Source: Gemmatimonadaceae bacterium (GTDB lineage Bacteria; Gemmatimonadota; Gemmatimonadetes; Gemmatimonadales; Gemmatimonadaceae). Taken from it: a stretch of 64,000 nt of DNA. Location: positions 736,001 to 800,000 of the forward strand of contig JBJMOW010000004.1 in NCBI GenBank assembly GCA_045803545.1, given 5' to 3'. A program made the position numbers and the translations under genes. The notes under the pieces are model-generated. The model was not told where the DNA came from. It ran no database searches and saw only the letters and a program-made list of their open reading frames with translations. Position 1 is the first letter of the stretch; every line of letters starts with the position of its first letter. Shown here piece by piece: positions 1 to 9,089 of the stretch.

Positions 1-1332
1 GTCACCGTCGCGTGGTCTCCGGATGGGTCGCGGATCGCCTACCACGAGACAACGCCGGGCGATCCGATCTTCGTGGCGGACAGCAGCGGCCGAAATCCGC
101 GCCGGATCTTCATGTCGAATCCTGGCCTGCACAACCATTACGTATCGTGGTCGCCCGATGCACGCTTCATTTATTTCTCGCACGGGCTTCCGCCTGACGA
201 GATGGACATCTGGCGCGTTCCCTCCACCGGCGGACCCGCCGAGCGAATCACCAATCATGTTTCGAGAGTTGCGTATCCGGTGCTGCTGGACCCGCGCACG
301 CTTTTATACACGGCAACGGCGGAGGACGGAACTGGTCCGTGGCTTTACTCGATCGATGTCGATCAACGCGTGCCGCATCGCGTGACCGGAGGTGTCGAAC
401 ACTACATATCCCTCTCGGCGAGCGGAGAGATGCCCAACGGCGCGCGACGTGTGGTTGCTTCGGTTTCCAATCCCAGCGTGCAGTTGTGGAGCGTACCGAT
501 CACGGACGGCACTGTCGATGAAACGGCGGCTGCGCCAATTGCGTTGCCCACTGCCCGAGCTGCGGCTCCGCGCTTCGGACCTGATGCATCTCTATGGTAT
601 CTGGGCGCGCGCAGTGCCGGCGACGAGCTATGGCGACTGAGTGAATCCGGACCGAGTGTCGTGTGGAAATCCGCTCGCGGCGCCGTAATTGGAGCTGCGG
701 CTGTCTCGCCCGATGGCAAAACTGTCTGCTTCCCGCTGCGGGAGCCTGGTCAGCCGTCTGCGCTTTACTGCGGCAATTCCGACGGGACAGGAATGCGCGC
801 GGTCGCCGAGTCGCTGAATGTGAGGGGCGCGCCGTCCTGGTCTCCTGATGGTAAGTGGATCGCCATCGCCGCCGAGGAAGGAAGAGGATTGCGACTGTTC
901 AAGATTCCTGCTGAAGGCGGAAAGCCGTTGCGGCTCGTTGATTCCGTTGCGTCCAATCCTGTCTGGTCGCCCGACGGAACATTCATTCTTTATTCTGGAA
1001 CTCCGCGCGCGCGGAGCGCTCCCATAAAAGCAGTCACTCCTGACGGAAAACAGGCGGCGATGCCCTCGCTCGTGGTAGATCGTCGTGGCGATAGCTATCG
1101 CTTCCTTCCCGACGGCAAGCGCCTGGTGGTGAAGCAGGGAGGATTCCGTCGTCAGGATTTCTGGCTTTTCGATCTTGCGAGTGGGCGAGGCAGACAGCTC
1201 ACCAACCTCAAACCCGGCGAGTCGATTCAGCGCTTCGATGTCTCGCCGAATGGGAGGCGCATCGTTTTCGAGCGCGTGCGGGAGAATTCCGATATCGTGC
1301 TTTTCGAATTACCAGGCCGTGCCGATCGCTGA
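1..1332 (+). CDS. TolB-like PD40 beta-propeller protein, 5'-truncated by the window
   Basis: Frame is open from base 1 (VTVAWSPDGSRIAY...); repeated WSPDG/SPDG motifs. Confidence 0.85.
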   Translation, partial: VTVAWSPDGSRIAYHETTPGDPIFVADSSGRNPRRIFMSNPGLHNHYVSWSPDARFIYFSHGLPPDEMDIWRVPSTGGPAERITNHVSRVAYPVLLDPRTLLYTATAEDGTGPWLYSIDVDQRVPHRVTGGVEHYISLSASGEMPNGARRVVASVSNPSVQLWSVPITDGTVDETAAAPIALPTARAAAPRFGPDASLWYLGARSAGDELWRLSESGPSVVWKSARGAVIGAAAVSPDGKTVCFPLREPGQPSALYCGNSDGTGMRAVAESLNVRGAPSWSPDGKWIAIAAEEGRGLRLFKIPAEGGKPLRLVDSVASNPVWSPDGTFILYSGTPRARSAPIKAVTPDGKQAAMPSLVVDRRGDSYRFLPDGKRLVVKQGGFRRQDFWLFDLASGRGRQLTNLKPGESIQRFDVSPNGRRIVFERVRENSDIVLFELPGRADR

Positions 1333-1357
1333 GCCGCCGCTAATGTCGGCGGCTCAG
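1329..1357. terminator. Hairpin between convergent genes
   Basis: CTGAGCCGCCG-N7-CGGCGGCTCAG, 11-bp perfect stem, no U-tract. Confidence 0.5.
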
Positions 1358-1387
1358 TGAATTCACGCCATTAATGACGTCCATTCG

Positions 1388-2839
1388 TTATCGGATCGGC
1401 CAGGTTCCCCCAACCGACTTGTAAGCCGCGACTAGCGCTGTCGCCGCCGCTGTCCGACCGAACGCCAACTGATTCTCCGCTTCGAGGAGCGTACGCTCGG
1501 CGTCGAGCACCTGCAGGAAATCAGTCAAACCGGCCTCGAATCTTTGCTGGGCCAGGTCCGCGGCTCTTACGCTCGAACGTACCGCGCTCTCCAGAATCGA
1601 CAGTCGCGCGTGCGCGCGATCGTATGCGACGAGCGCTGATTGACTCTCGGCGAGCGCGCCAAGCACGGTCGCGTTGTATTCGGCCTGTGCTTCCTGCTGG
1701 CCGGCTGTCGCGATTTCTACACGCTCGCGCACCCGTCCAATGTCGAACAGCGGAAAACTCACAATGGGACCCAGCAGCAATCTCGAGTTGCCGCGCTTGA
1801 ATAGTGAATCGACAGTCGTCGAGGTATAGCCCATTCGCGCGCCAAGAGTCACTCGCGGCAGATACTCCGCGCGAGCGGCTCCCACGAACAATGAACGCGC
1901 CGCGTACAGCCGCTCCGCCTGCAGCACATCCGGCCGCTTGCGAACGAGTTCGCCCGGCGAGCCGACATAAAGCGTATCCGGCAACCGCGGCAGCGGTCCC
2001 GAATCGACCAGTGCCGCGGGTAATGCGTCCGGTGATTTTCCAAGCAGTACCGCTAACCGATTGCGATCGGCGGCGATCTCTGCTTCGAGACCCGGTGTCG
2101 CGGAGAGCGTCAGATAGAGAACCGACTTCGCGCGCTCGGTATCGAAAGCGGTTCCCCCGCCGGCTGCCAATCGGTCTTCGGTGAGCTTCACGATCTTCTG
2201 CTGATTTGTCGCGTTGCGCTGGGCGACTGCCAGCCGACGCTGTGCACCGCGCAGCTCGAAGTACGTGCGCGCGACCTCGGAAGCCACACTGATCTGCACA
2301 TCTTCGAGTCCATGCTGCGTCGACTCGACAAGCGCGCCCTGCGCCTGAACGTTTCTGTTCACGCGTCCGAAGAAGTCGACCTCCCACGATGCGTCGAAGC
2401 CGACGTCATAAAGGTTGTACGCGGGCAGCTGACTGCCGAGGCCGGGAGTTTGGGCCAGAGAATTCTGGAGCCGAGAAGTACTGCCGGTTCCTGTAACTGT
2501 TGGAACGAGATCGAGGCGACTCAAACGCCGGCTCGCGCGAGCGCCGCTGAGTCTGGACTCGGCAACACGCACGTCGAGATTTGCGCGCTGTGCTTCACCG
2601 ACGAGCGCGGTGAGAACACTGTCGCCGAGCGAAGTCCAGAACGGTGTTGCTGCAAGTGACTGGCTGATATGAACTGACTCGGCCGATCCGTATCCCCGCG
2701 CATCTGTCGTCGGCGCAGCGGCAACAGCAGCCGGGCGATTGACGTCATAAGCGGTCGGCACGGGAACTTCCGGCGCGCGATAAGCTGGCGAAGCGCATCC
2801 AAGCGCGGTCGCTCCGATCAGAATTGCAATATTACGCAT
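1388..2839 (-). CDS. RND efflux outer membrane lipoprotein (NodT/OprN family)
   Basis: Lipobox ALGC; ASWEVDFFGR and FLQVLDAER motifs; overlaps the permease stop. Confidence 0.92.
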   Translation of the reverse strand: MRNIAILIGATALGCASPAYRAPEVPVPTAYDVNRPAAVAAAPTTDARGYGSAESVHISQSLAATPFWTSLGDSVLTALVGEAQRANLDVRVAESRLSGARASRRLSRLDLVPTVTGTGSTSRLQNSLAQTPGLGSQLPAYNLYDVGFDASWEVDFFGRVNRNVQAQGALVESTQHGLEDVQISVASEVARTYFELRGAQRRLAVAQRNATNQQKIVKLTEDRLAAGGGTAFDTERAKSVLYLTLSATPGLEAEIAADRNRLAVLLGKSPDALPAALVDSGPLPRLPDTLYVGSPGELVRKRPDVLQAERLYAARSLFVGAARAEYLPRVTLGARMGYTSTTVDSLFKRGNSRLLLGPIVSFPLFDIGRVRERVEIATAGQQEAQAEYNATVLGALAESQSALVAYDRAHARLSILESAVRSSVRAADLAQQRFEAGLTDFLQVLDAERTLLEAENQLAFGRTAAATALVAAYKSVGGTWPIR

Positions 2840-5800
2840 GGGTACCACCTTCTCTCTCCACCGTCAGCTGCGGACGCCACGTATTGATTGGTTGAACATC
2901 ATCAGGAATTGCCACCGGCTTTTCGACTGGACGCTGAGCTCGCCTGTCGACGAGGCCACGAACCAGCGTATAGAACAGCGGCGTGAACACGAGCCCGAGG
3001 AAAGTCACGCCGAGCATGCCTGAGAACACGGCGATGCCCATGACACGTCGCATTTCCGCGCCGGCGCCGCTGGCGATGATGAGCGGCACCACGCCGGCGA
3101 TGAACGCGAAGGAAGTCATCAGAATCGGACGCAGACGAATCCGCGCTGCTTCGAGGGCCGCCGTGAATCGATCTCGACCTTGCCGCTCCAGGTCACGTGC
3201 GAACTCCACGATCAGAATCGCGTTCTTGCACGCGAGTCCGACGAGAACCAGCAATCCGATTTGAGTGAAGACATTGTTGTCGCCGCGCGTCAGCCATACT
3301 CCGGCGATCGCCGACACCAGACACATCGGAACGATCAGCACGATGACCAGCGGCAATGACCAGCTCTCGTACAGCGCAGCCAGTACCAGGAACACCAGCG
3401 CGATACAAAGCGGGAAGACGAAGATTGCCGTGTTGCCGGCGAGCTTCTGCTGATAGGTCAGCTCGGTCCACTCGTAGCCCATGCCATTGGGCAGCGTCTC
3501 GCTCGCCAACTGCTCCATCGTCTGCACCGCGGCACCGGCGCTGACGCCCGGCGCGGCGCTGCCGCTGATGTCTGCCGCCGGATAACCGTTGTAATGCGTC
3601 ACCTGATCGGGTCCATACGACTGCTTCACCGTGAGCACCGATCCGAGGGGGACCATCTCGCCGCGGACATTCCGTACCTTGAGCTCCGCGATGTTCTCGG
3701 CGCTCGAGCGATACGGCGCGTCGGCCTGCGCAATCACCTGGTAGGTGCGCCCGAACTTGTTGAAGTCGTTCACGTATTGCGATCCGAGATAGATCTGCAG
3801 CGTTGCGAATAAATCGTTGAGCCGGATGCCGAGCTGTTTCGCTTTGTCGCGATCGACATCGGCGTAGAGCTGAGGGACGTTGACCTGGAAACTCGAGAAC
3901 TGTCCTCCGAGCTTCGGAGTCTGGTATGTGCGACCAACCAACTGCTGGGTCATCGCGTAGAGCGTCGAGTCACCGAGGCCTGCTTTGTCCTCGACCATCA
4001 GCTTGAAACCGCCGATTGCGCCGAGTCCGTTGACTGCCGGCGGTGGGAAGACCGCGGTGAAACCCTCCTGAATGGCGGAGAATTTCTGGTTGAGCGCCAT
4101 CAGGATCGCGCCGCTCTTCAGCTCCTTGCTCTTTCTCTCTTCGAAAGGCTTGAGGCCGAAGAAGATGATGCCCGCGTTTGGCTTCGGACCGAACGAGCTA
4201 ATCGAAAGACCAGGGAATTCGACCGCGTGCTCCACGCCGGGTTGCTTGAGTGCAATGTCTGTCATCCGCCGGATGACCGCCTCGGTACGATCGAGTGAAG
4301 CGGCGTCAGGAAGCTGGGCGATGGCGACCAGATAGCGTTTGTCCTGACTGGGTACGAATCCTTTCGGCACTCTCGCGAATCCCAGAATGCCGAGGAGAAC
4401 TAGCGCGCCATAAACGGCGAGCGCTGCCACCTTGCGGCGACGTACAGTCTGGACTGCTTTTCCGTAACCCGCCGAGCCGCGTTTGAAAACGCGATTGAAC
4501 GGACCGAACGCCCAACCCAACAAACGATTCATAACGCGAGTTGGTGCGTCCTCGGGAGCGCCGCGCGGCTTCAGGAGTATCGCCGCGAGCGCGGGAGACA
4601 ACGTAAGTGAGTTGAACGCCGAGATGAGCGTCGAGAACGCGATGGTGAGCGCGAACTGCCGGTAGAACTGTCCATCGAGGCCGCTGATGAACGCGACGGG
4701 CACGAAGACCGCAGACAGAACCAGCGCGATGGCGATGATGGGACCGCTTACTTCATCCATCGCGCGGTGGCTTGCCTCGAGCGGCGACAGCCCTTCTTCG
4801 ATATGGCGCTCGACGTTTTCGACGACGACGATCGCATCGTCGACCACGATTCCGATCGCCAGCACCAGTCCGAACAGCGACAGAGTGTTGATCGAGAATC
4901 CGGTGGCGAGCATGACGGCGAAGGTGCCGACGATCGAAATCGGGACTGCGGCAAGCGGGATGATCGAAGCTCGCCACGTCTGCAGGAACAACACGACGAC
5001 GATCACGACCATCAACACGGCGAGGAGGAGGGTATAGATGACTTCGCGAATCGAGTCGCGTACGAACAGCGTCGGATCGTAAACCGACGACCACTCCACG
5101 CCTTGTGGGAAGCGCGTCTTGAGCTCGGCCATCTTCGAGCGAATTCCGCTCGATAGGGAGAGCGCATTGGACCCCGGCGCCTGGAAGACGACGATTGCAA
5201 CCGCAGACTTGTTGTCGAGCAGAGCGCGCAATCCGTAAGTGCTGGGACCGAGCTCGATGCGGGCGACGTCGCGGAGGCGGGTGACCTGTCCGTCGGTCCC
5301 CGTCTTGACGATGATGTTGCCGAATTCGCCCTCGTCGGCGAGCCGGCCATGCGCGTTCACCGTCAGCTGGTAGGCGACGGGATCATTCGTTGGCGGCGCA
5401 CCGACGGTCCCCGCCGCGACCTGGACGTTCTGCTCACGAATCGCCTGGATCACATCGCCCGCGGACAGGCCGTGTGATGCGACTTTGTTCGGATCCATCC
5501 AGATTCGCATCGCGTAATCGCCGGCACCGAAGACGAATACCTGACCGGCGCCCGGGATGCGCGCCAGATCGTTGCGAATGTTGAGCAGCGCGTAATTGCG
5601 CAGATATGTCGGATTGTAGCGCCCGTCTGGTGAGAACAGGTGCACCACCATCGTGATGTCGGGCGAGCGCTTCTGGGTGATGACGCCGATCTGCCGAACT
5701 TCGTCGGGCAATCTCGCCAGCGCCTGTGAGACGCGGTTCTGAACCTGGACTTGCGCCAGGTCGACGTTGGTGCCGATCTCGAAGGTCACCGTGAGATTGA

Positions 5801-6068
5801 CGGTGCCATCAGCGGTGGAGGACGACGCCATGTACAGCATGTGCTCGACGCCGTTGATGGCGTCCTCCAGCGGCGTAGCAACCGTCTGAGCGAGCACCGT
5901 CGGATTTGCGCCCGGATATACGGCGGTGACGGTGATCGTCGGCGGTGTTACTTCCGGATATTCGCTGACTGCCAGGCTGCGCGCGGCGATAATACCGCCG
6001 GCGAGAATCACCAGCGAGATTACAATCGCAAAGATCGGCCGGTCTATGAAAAAGCGTGAAAAGCGCAC
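2832..6068 (-). CDS. HAE1 RND efflux permease, MexF-like
   Basis: 1078 aa; FFIDRPIFA, GIVVDDAIVVVENVER, RLRPILMTS. Confidence 0.96.
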   Translation of the reverse strand: MRFSRFFIDRPIFAIVISLVILAGGIIAARSLAVSEYPEVTPPTITVTAVYPGANPTVLAQTVATPLEDAINGVEHMLYMASSSTADGTVNLTVTFEIGTNVDLAQVQVQNRVSQALARLPDEVRQIGVITQKRSPDITMVVHLFSPDGRYNPTYLRNYALLNIRNDLARIPGAGQVFVFGAGDYAMRIWMDPNKVASHGLSAGDVIQAIREQNVQVAAGTVGAPPTNDPVAYQLTVNAHGRLADEGEFGNIIVKTGTDGQVTRLRDVARIELGPSTYGLRALLDNKSAVAIVVFQAPGSNALSLSSGIRSKMAELKTRFPQGVEWSSVYDPTLFVRDSIREVIYTLLLAVLMVVIVVVLFLQTWRASIIPLAAVPISIVGTFAVMLATGFSINTLSLFGLVLAIGIVVDDAIVVVENVERHIEEGLSPLEASHRAMDEVSGPIIAIALVLSAVFVPVAFISGLDGQFYRQFALTIAFSTLISAFNSLTLSPALAAILLKPRGAPEDAPTRVMNRLLGWAFGPFNRVFKRGSAGYGKAVQTVRRRKVAALAVYGALVLLGILGFARVPKGFVPSQDKRYLVAIAQLPDAASLDRTEAVIRRMTDIALKQPGVEHAVEFPGLSISSFGPKPNAGIIFFGLKPFEERKSKELKSGAILMALNQKFSAIQEGFTAVFPPPAVNGLGAIGGFKLMVEDKAGLGDSTLYAMTQQLVGRTYQTPKLGGQFSSFQVNVPQLYADVDRDKAKQLGIRLNDLFATLQIYLGSQYVNDFNKFGRTYQVIAQADAPYRSSAENIAELKVRNVRGEMVPLGSVLTVKQSYGPDQVTHYNGYPAADISGSAAPGVSAGAAVQTMEQLASETLPNGMGYEWTELTYQQKLAGNTAIFVFPLCIALVFLVLAALYESWSLPLVIVLIVPMCLVSAIAGVWLTRGDNNVFTQIGLLVLVGLACKNAILIVEFARDLERQGRDRFTAALEAARIRLRPILMTSFAFIAGVVPLIIASGAGAEMRRVMGIAVFSGMLGVTFLGLVFTPLFYTLVRGLVDRRAQRPVEKPVAIPDDVQPINTWRPQLTVEREGGTHA

Positions 6069-6092
6069 GTGAGTTTTCCGAAAAGAGTCTGA

Positions 6093-7271
6093 CTAGCGAG
6101 CGGCAGGTGCTTGGGTCGCAGTTTCGGCGACCATTGCGGCGTTGGTGGCGGCGACCTTCATCCCCGGCCGCACGCGCATCAACCCATTGATCACAACGCG
6201 TTCGCCCGGTTTGAGGCCGCTGTCGATGATGCGAAGTCCATCGAACACGCGTCCGATGGTAATCGGCCGGTACTCCACCGTCGTGTCGTTCTTGAGAACG
6301 AGCACGAACTTGCGGTCCTGATCGGTGCCGACGGCCTGATCCTGGATCAGCGTCGCGTTGTGGCGATCGGTGCCAAGCAACCTGACGCGCGCGAAGAGAC
6401 CCGGCGCGAAGAGCTGATTCGGATTGGAGAGCACCGCGCGGGCGCGGATCGTCCCCGCGGTTCCGTCGACGCGGTTGTCGATGAAGTTCAGCCTGCCCTG
6501 GTGCGGATAGCCGCTTTCATTGGCCAGTCCGACCAGCACCTCTCGGCCGTTCGGTCCGGCGAAAGCACCCGCGTACTTCAGGTATGCCTGTTCGTCGGTG
6601 TCGAAGTACACATAGATCGGATCCAGGGAGACGATAGTGGTGAGCAGCGTCGGCGTCGGCGCGCCACCCTGCACGACATTTCCTCTGGTGATCTCGGCGC
6701 GGCCAACACGACCGGAAATCGGTGCGCGCACAACGGTCCATTCGAGATTGAGGCGCGCGACCTGCAGCGCCGCTTCGGCGCCGTGGATCGCTGCGTCGCT
6801 CTCCGCGCGGCTGCTGGTCCGCGAATCGAGCTCCTCGCGCGAGATCGCCTGGGTGTTTACCAGCTTCTGCGCGCGGTCGGCTTCCATGTCGGCAAGCTGC
6901 TTGCGAGTCCGAGCCTGGGCAAGAACCGCTTCCGCTCTGGCGACTTCAGCCTGATACGGCCGCTGGTCGATGACGAACAGAACGTCACCCTGATGTACGG
7001 TCGTGCCTTCGGTGAATGCGACGCGGTCGATGAATCCACCGACGCGCGGACGCACCTCAACGGAATTCACCGCCTCGAAGTGTCCGGTGAACTCGTCCCA
7101 GTCGGTGACGACTCTTTCGATTGCAGGCGCAACCGTCACCTGCGGCGTCGGCATCTGCGGCGCATCCTTGCGACAAGCTGCGGTAGCGAGAACGAAGACA
7201 GCGGCGGCAGTCCAGCCACCGGGGTGAATTCTGAGCGAGGCCGAATGGGCGCGGGAGAGAGTGGAACTCAT
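6093..7271 (-). CDS. RND periplasmic adaptor (MFP), MexE-like
   Basis: VEVRPRVGG, VRAPISGRVG, lipobox ATAC; ATG at 7271 has a GGAG RBS. Confidence 0.92.
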   Translation of the reverse strand: MSSTLSRAHSASLRIHPGGWTAAAVFVLATAACRKDAPQMPTPQVTVAPAIERVVTDWDEFTGHFEAVNSVEVRPRVGGFIDRVAFTEGTTVHQGDVLFVIDQRPYQAEVARAEAVLAQARTRKQLADMEADRAQKLVNTQAISREELDSRTSSRAESDAAIHGAEAALQVARLNLEWTVVRAPISGRVGRAEITRGNVVQGGAPTPTLLTTIVSLDPIYVYFDTDEQAYLKYAGAFAGPNGREVLVGLANESGYPHQGRLNFIDNRVDGTAGTIRARAVLSNPNQLFAPGLFARVRLLGTDRHNATLIQDQAVGTDQDRKFVLVLKNDTTVEYRPITIGRVFDGLRIIDSGLKPGERVVINGLMRVRPGMKVAATNAAMVAETATQAPAAR

Positions 7272-7329
7272 GTTGCAAGACTCCGTGACGGTAAACCGAA
7301 ACTGGTGGCGATAATCTGCGGGGGCTGAT

Positions 7330-7393
7330 ATGTTACCGGTCGGTAACATGGCGCGCGCACCCCGATGTTACCGATCGGTAACATTTTTGTCAA
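7330..7393. promoter_or_regulatory. Two 20-bp TetR operators overlapping the efflux promoter
   Basis: ATGTTACCGGTCGGTAACAT (7330-7349) and perfect palindrome ATGTTACCGATCGGTAACAT (7365-7384); minus-strand TTGACA(7393-7388)-17-TAACAT(7370-7365). Confidence 0.85.
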
Positions 7394-7411
7394 GCGCGGG
7401 TACAATCTGTT

Positions 7412-8056
7412 ATGCAAACAGATATTCAGAAGAACGGCAGAAAAACGAAAGGGAAACGCAGCGAACGGTTGCCCGTGCGTGAGCGTATCCTCGTCGCCGC
7501 CGGCGATCTGTTTCATAAACAAGGCATCCGCGGGGTAGGCGTGGAGGCGATCGCGGAAGCGGCTGATACCAACAAGATGACGCTCTACCGTCACTTCGAC
7601 TCGAAGGACGAGCTCATCGCCGAGTGGGTGCGGGGAATGATCGCACACAAAGAGGATGAATGGAGCGATCTGACCGCCCATCACCACGGCGATCCACAGG
7701 GGCTGCTTCAGGACTGGAGTCGGCGGACCGCCGCCAAGCTCAAGGTCATGGAGGAGCGCGGCTCCGCGCTGGGGAACGCGCTCGCCGAGCTTCCTGACCC
7801 GGAGCATCCGGCGCGGCGTGTCATTCAGGAGTACAAGGCCCGAGAGCATAAGCGAGTCGTACGACTCTGCAAGGCCGCTGGTTTCCAGAATCCGGATCTC
7901 GCCGCCAATCTGTTCTGGATGCTGCTGGAAGGGGCGCACTCGTGTGTTCAGTGCGTCGGGATGCGCAAGTTCGGAGAGCATCTGGTGCAGCTCGTCGACC
8001 TGATGGTCGAAAACGCCAAGCAGCAAGAACGTGCTCCTTATCCGACTGCTCTCTGA
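7412..8056 (+). CDS. TetR/AcrR family transcriptional regulator
   Basis: HTH GVEAIAEAADTNKMTLYRHFDSKDEL; divergent from the pump. Confidence 0.93.
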   Translation: MQTDIQKNGRKTKGKRSERLPVRERILVAAGDLFHKQGIRGVGVEAIAEAADTNKMTLYRHFDSKDELIAEWVRGMIAHKEDEWSDLTAHHHGDPQGLLQDWSRRTAAKLKVMEERGSALGNALAELPDPEHPARRVIQEYKAREHKRVVRLCKAAGFQNPDLAANLFWMLLEGAHSCVQCVGMRKFGEHLVQLVDLMVENAKQQERAPYPTAL

Positions 8057-8195
8057 TCCATCTTTCGCTCGCCTCACAATAGATCGTCGTTCGGGCGCCC
8101 CCTGAATCGACATCGATTTGCAAGGATTTCTGACCCGCCGATCATTTGCGCCAAAAGGGCGATGAATTTTACGGCACCATTACAAGCGTTTTCTA

Positions 8196-8224
8196 TTGAC
8201 GGTCGCTGGCCCGGCCCATATCGT
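8196..8224 (+). promoter_or_regulatory. Sigma70-type promoter for a leaderless transcript
   Basis: TTGACG(8196-8201)-17-TATCGT(8219-8224), ATG 6 nt downstream, no SD. Confidence 0.65.
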
Positions 8225-8230
8225 CACCCA

Positions 8231-8329
8231 ATGACTTGTTTCCGCTTTGTCGTCTGCTGCTGCACCGCGGCGTGCGCGCCGGCCACCTGCGCGTGTCCGT
8301 GCTGCACCCGGTGTTGTGACGCGACATAG
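8231..8329 (+). CDS. Cys-rich leader peptide (putative attenuator)
   Basis: MTCFRFVVCCCTAACAPATCACPCCTRCCDAT*, 11 Cys in 32 aa; below the ORF-track cutoff. Confidence 0.8.
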   Translation: MTCFRFVVCCCTAACAPATCACPCCTRCCDAT

Positions 8330-8353
8330 CGGCTGACATCTGCTCTCGCGCAC

Positions 8354-8388
8354 GCCCCGGGCTCTCCAGGTCCGGGGTTTTTTGTTTT
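8354..8388 (+). terminator. Intrinsic terminator (attenuator) upstream of the carbonic anhydrase
   Basis: GCCCCGGGCT-CTCCA-GGTCCGGGGT followed by TTTTTGTTTT, ending 22 nt before the ATG at 8411. Confidence 0.85.
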
Positions 8389-8410
8389 ACCACTCTCCAA
8401 AGGACAGGTT

Positions 8411-9058
8411 ATGTCGAAAGTACTGGACGAAGTTCTCTCCGCGAACGCTGAGTACGTCAGCTCATTCGGATCGAAGGGCAACCTCGCTCTTCCACCCGCG
8501 CGTCGCTTCGCAATTCTCACCTGCATGGACGCCCGACTCGATCCCGCGAAGTACGCCGGACTCAGTGAGGGCGATGCACACGTAATTCGCAACGCCGGCG
8601 GCCGCGCCAGCGACGATGCCATCCGCTCATTGGTGATCTCCTACAAACTGCTCGGCACGCGCGAGTGGTTCGTCGTTCATCACACCAACTGCGGGATGGA
8701 ATTCTTTACCGATGAAGTGATACGGGGCCTTCTTTCGAACAGCCTCGAGACAGCAGAGCTCGGCGCCCAGGGTTTCCGCGATGTCGGCAAAGGACCGGGA
8801 TCAGCGGAAGCCCAGTTCATCGACTGGCTGACGATCAAGAACACGAGGCAGGCGGTGGTGGACGATGTCGCCCGGATTCGGCAGCACCCGCTCGTCCCGA
8901 AGAACATTCCGGTCTACGGCTACGTCTACGAGGTGAAGACCGGCAAGCTGGTAGAAGTCGAAGAGGCTACCCGCGCGGGTCGAGCCGAGGAGGCGCCGCG
9001 AGCGGTTCTAGCGGCTGACGTCAAGGTCCCGATTCAGGAGTCTGCGCTCAGTAACTGA
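8411..9058 (+). CDS. Beta-class carbonic anhydrase, clade D (COS hydrolase-like)
   Basis: CMDARLD, IRNAGGR, HHTNCGM Zn ligands, [11 protein letters not shown]. Confidence 0.92.
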   Translation: MSKVLDEVLSANAEYVSSFGSKGNLALPPARRFAILTCMDARLDPAKYAGLSEGDAHVIRNAGGRASDDAIRSLVISYKLLGTREWFVVHHTNCGMEFFTDEVIRGLLSNSLETAELGAQGFRDVGKGPGSAEAQFIDWLTIKNTRQAVVDDVARIRQHPLVPKNIPVYGYVYEVKTGKLVEVEEATRAGRAEEAPRAVLAADVKVPIQESALSN

Positions 9059-9089
9059 CGACGGCTCCAGGAAAATCGTCTTTAGGCTG

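Noticed and set aside
6111..7328. Long antisense ORFs (for example 6111-7328, 10830-11954, 33699-34685, 40220-41176)
   Set aside because: Shadows of well-supported genes on the opposite strand in GC-rich DNA; no motifs
8193..8393. 66-aa minus-strand ORF over the leader region
   Set aside because: Antisense of the Cys leader and terminator; promoter and terminator polarity favour the plus strand
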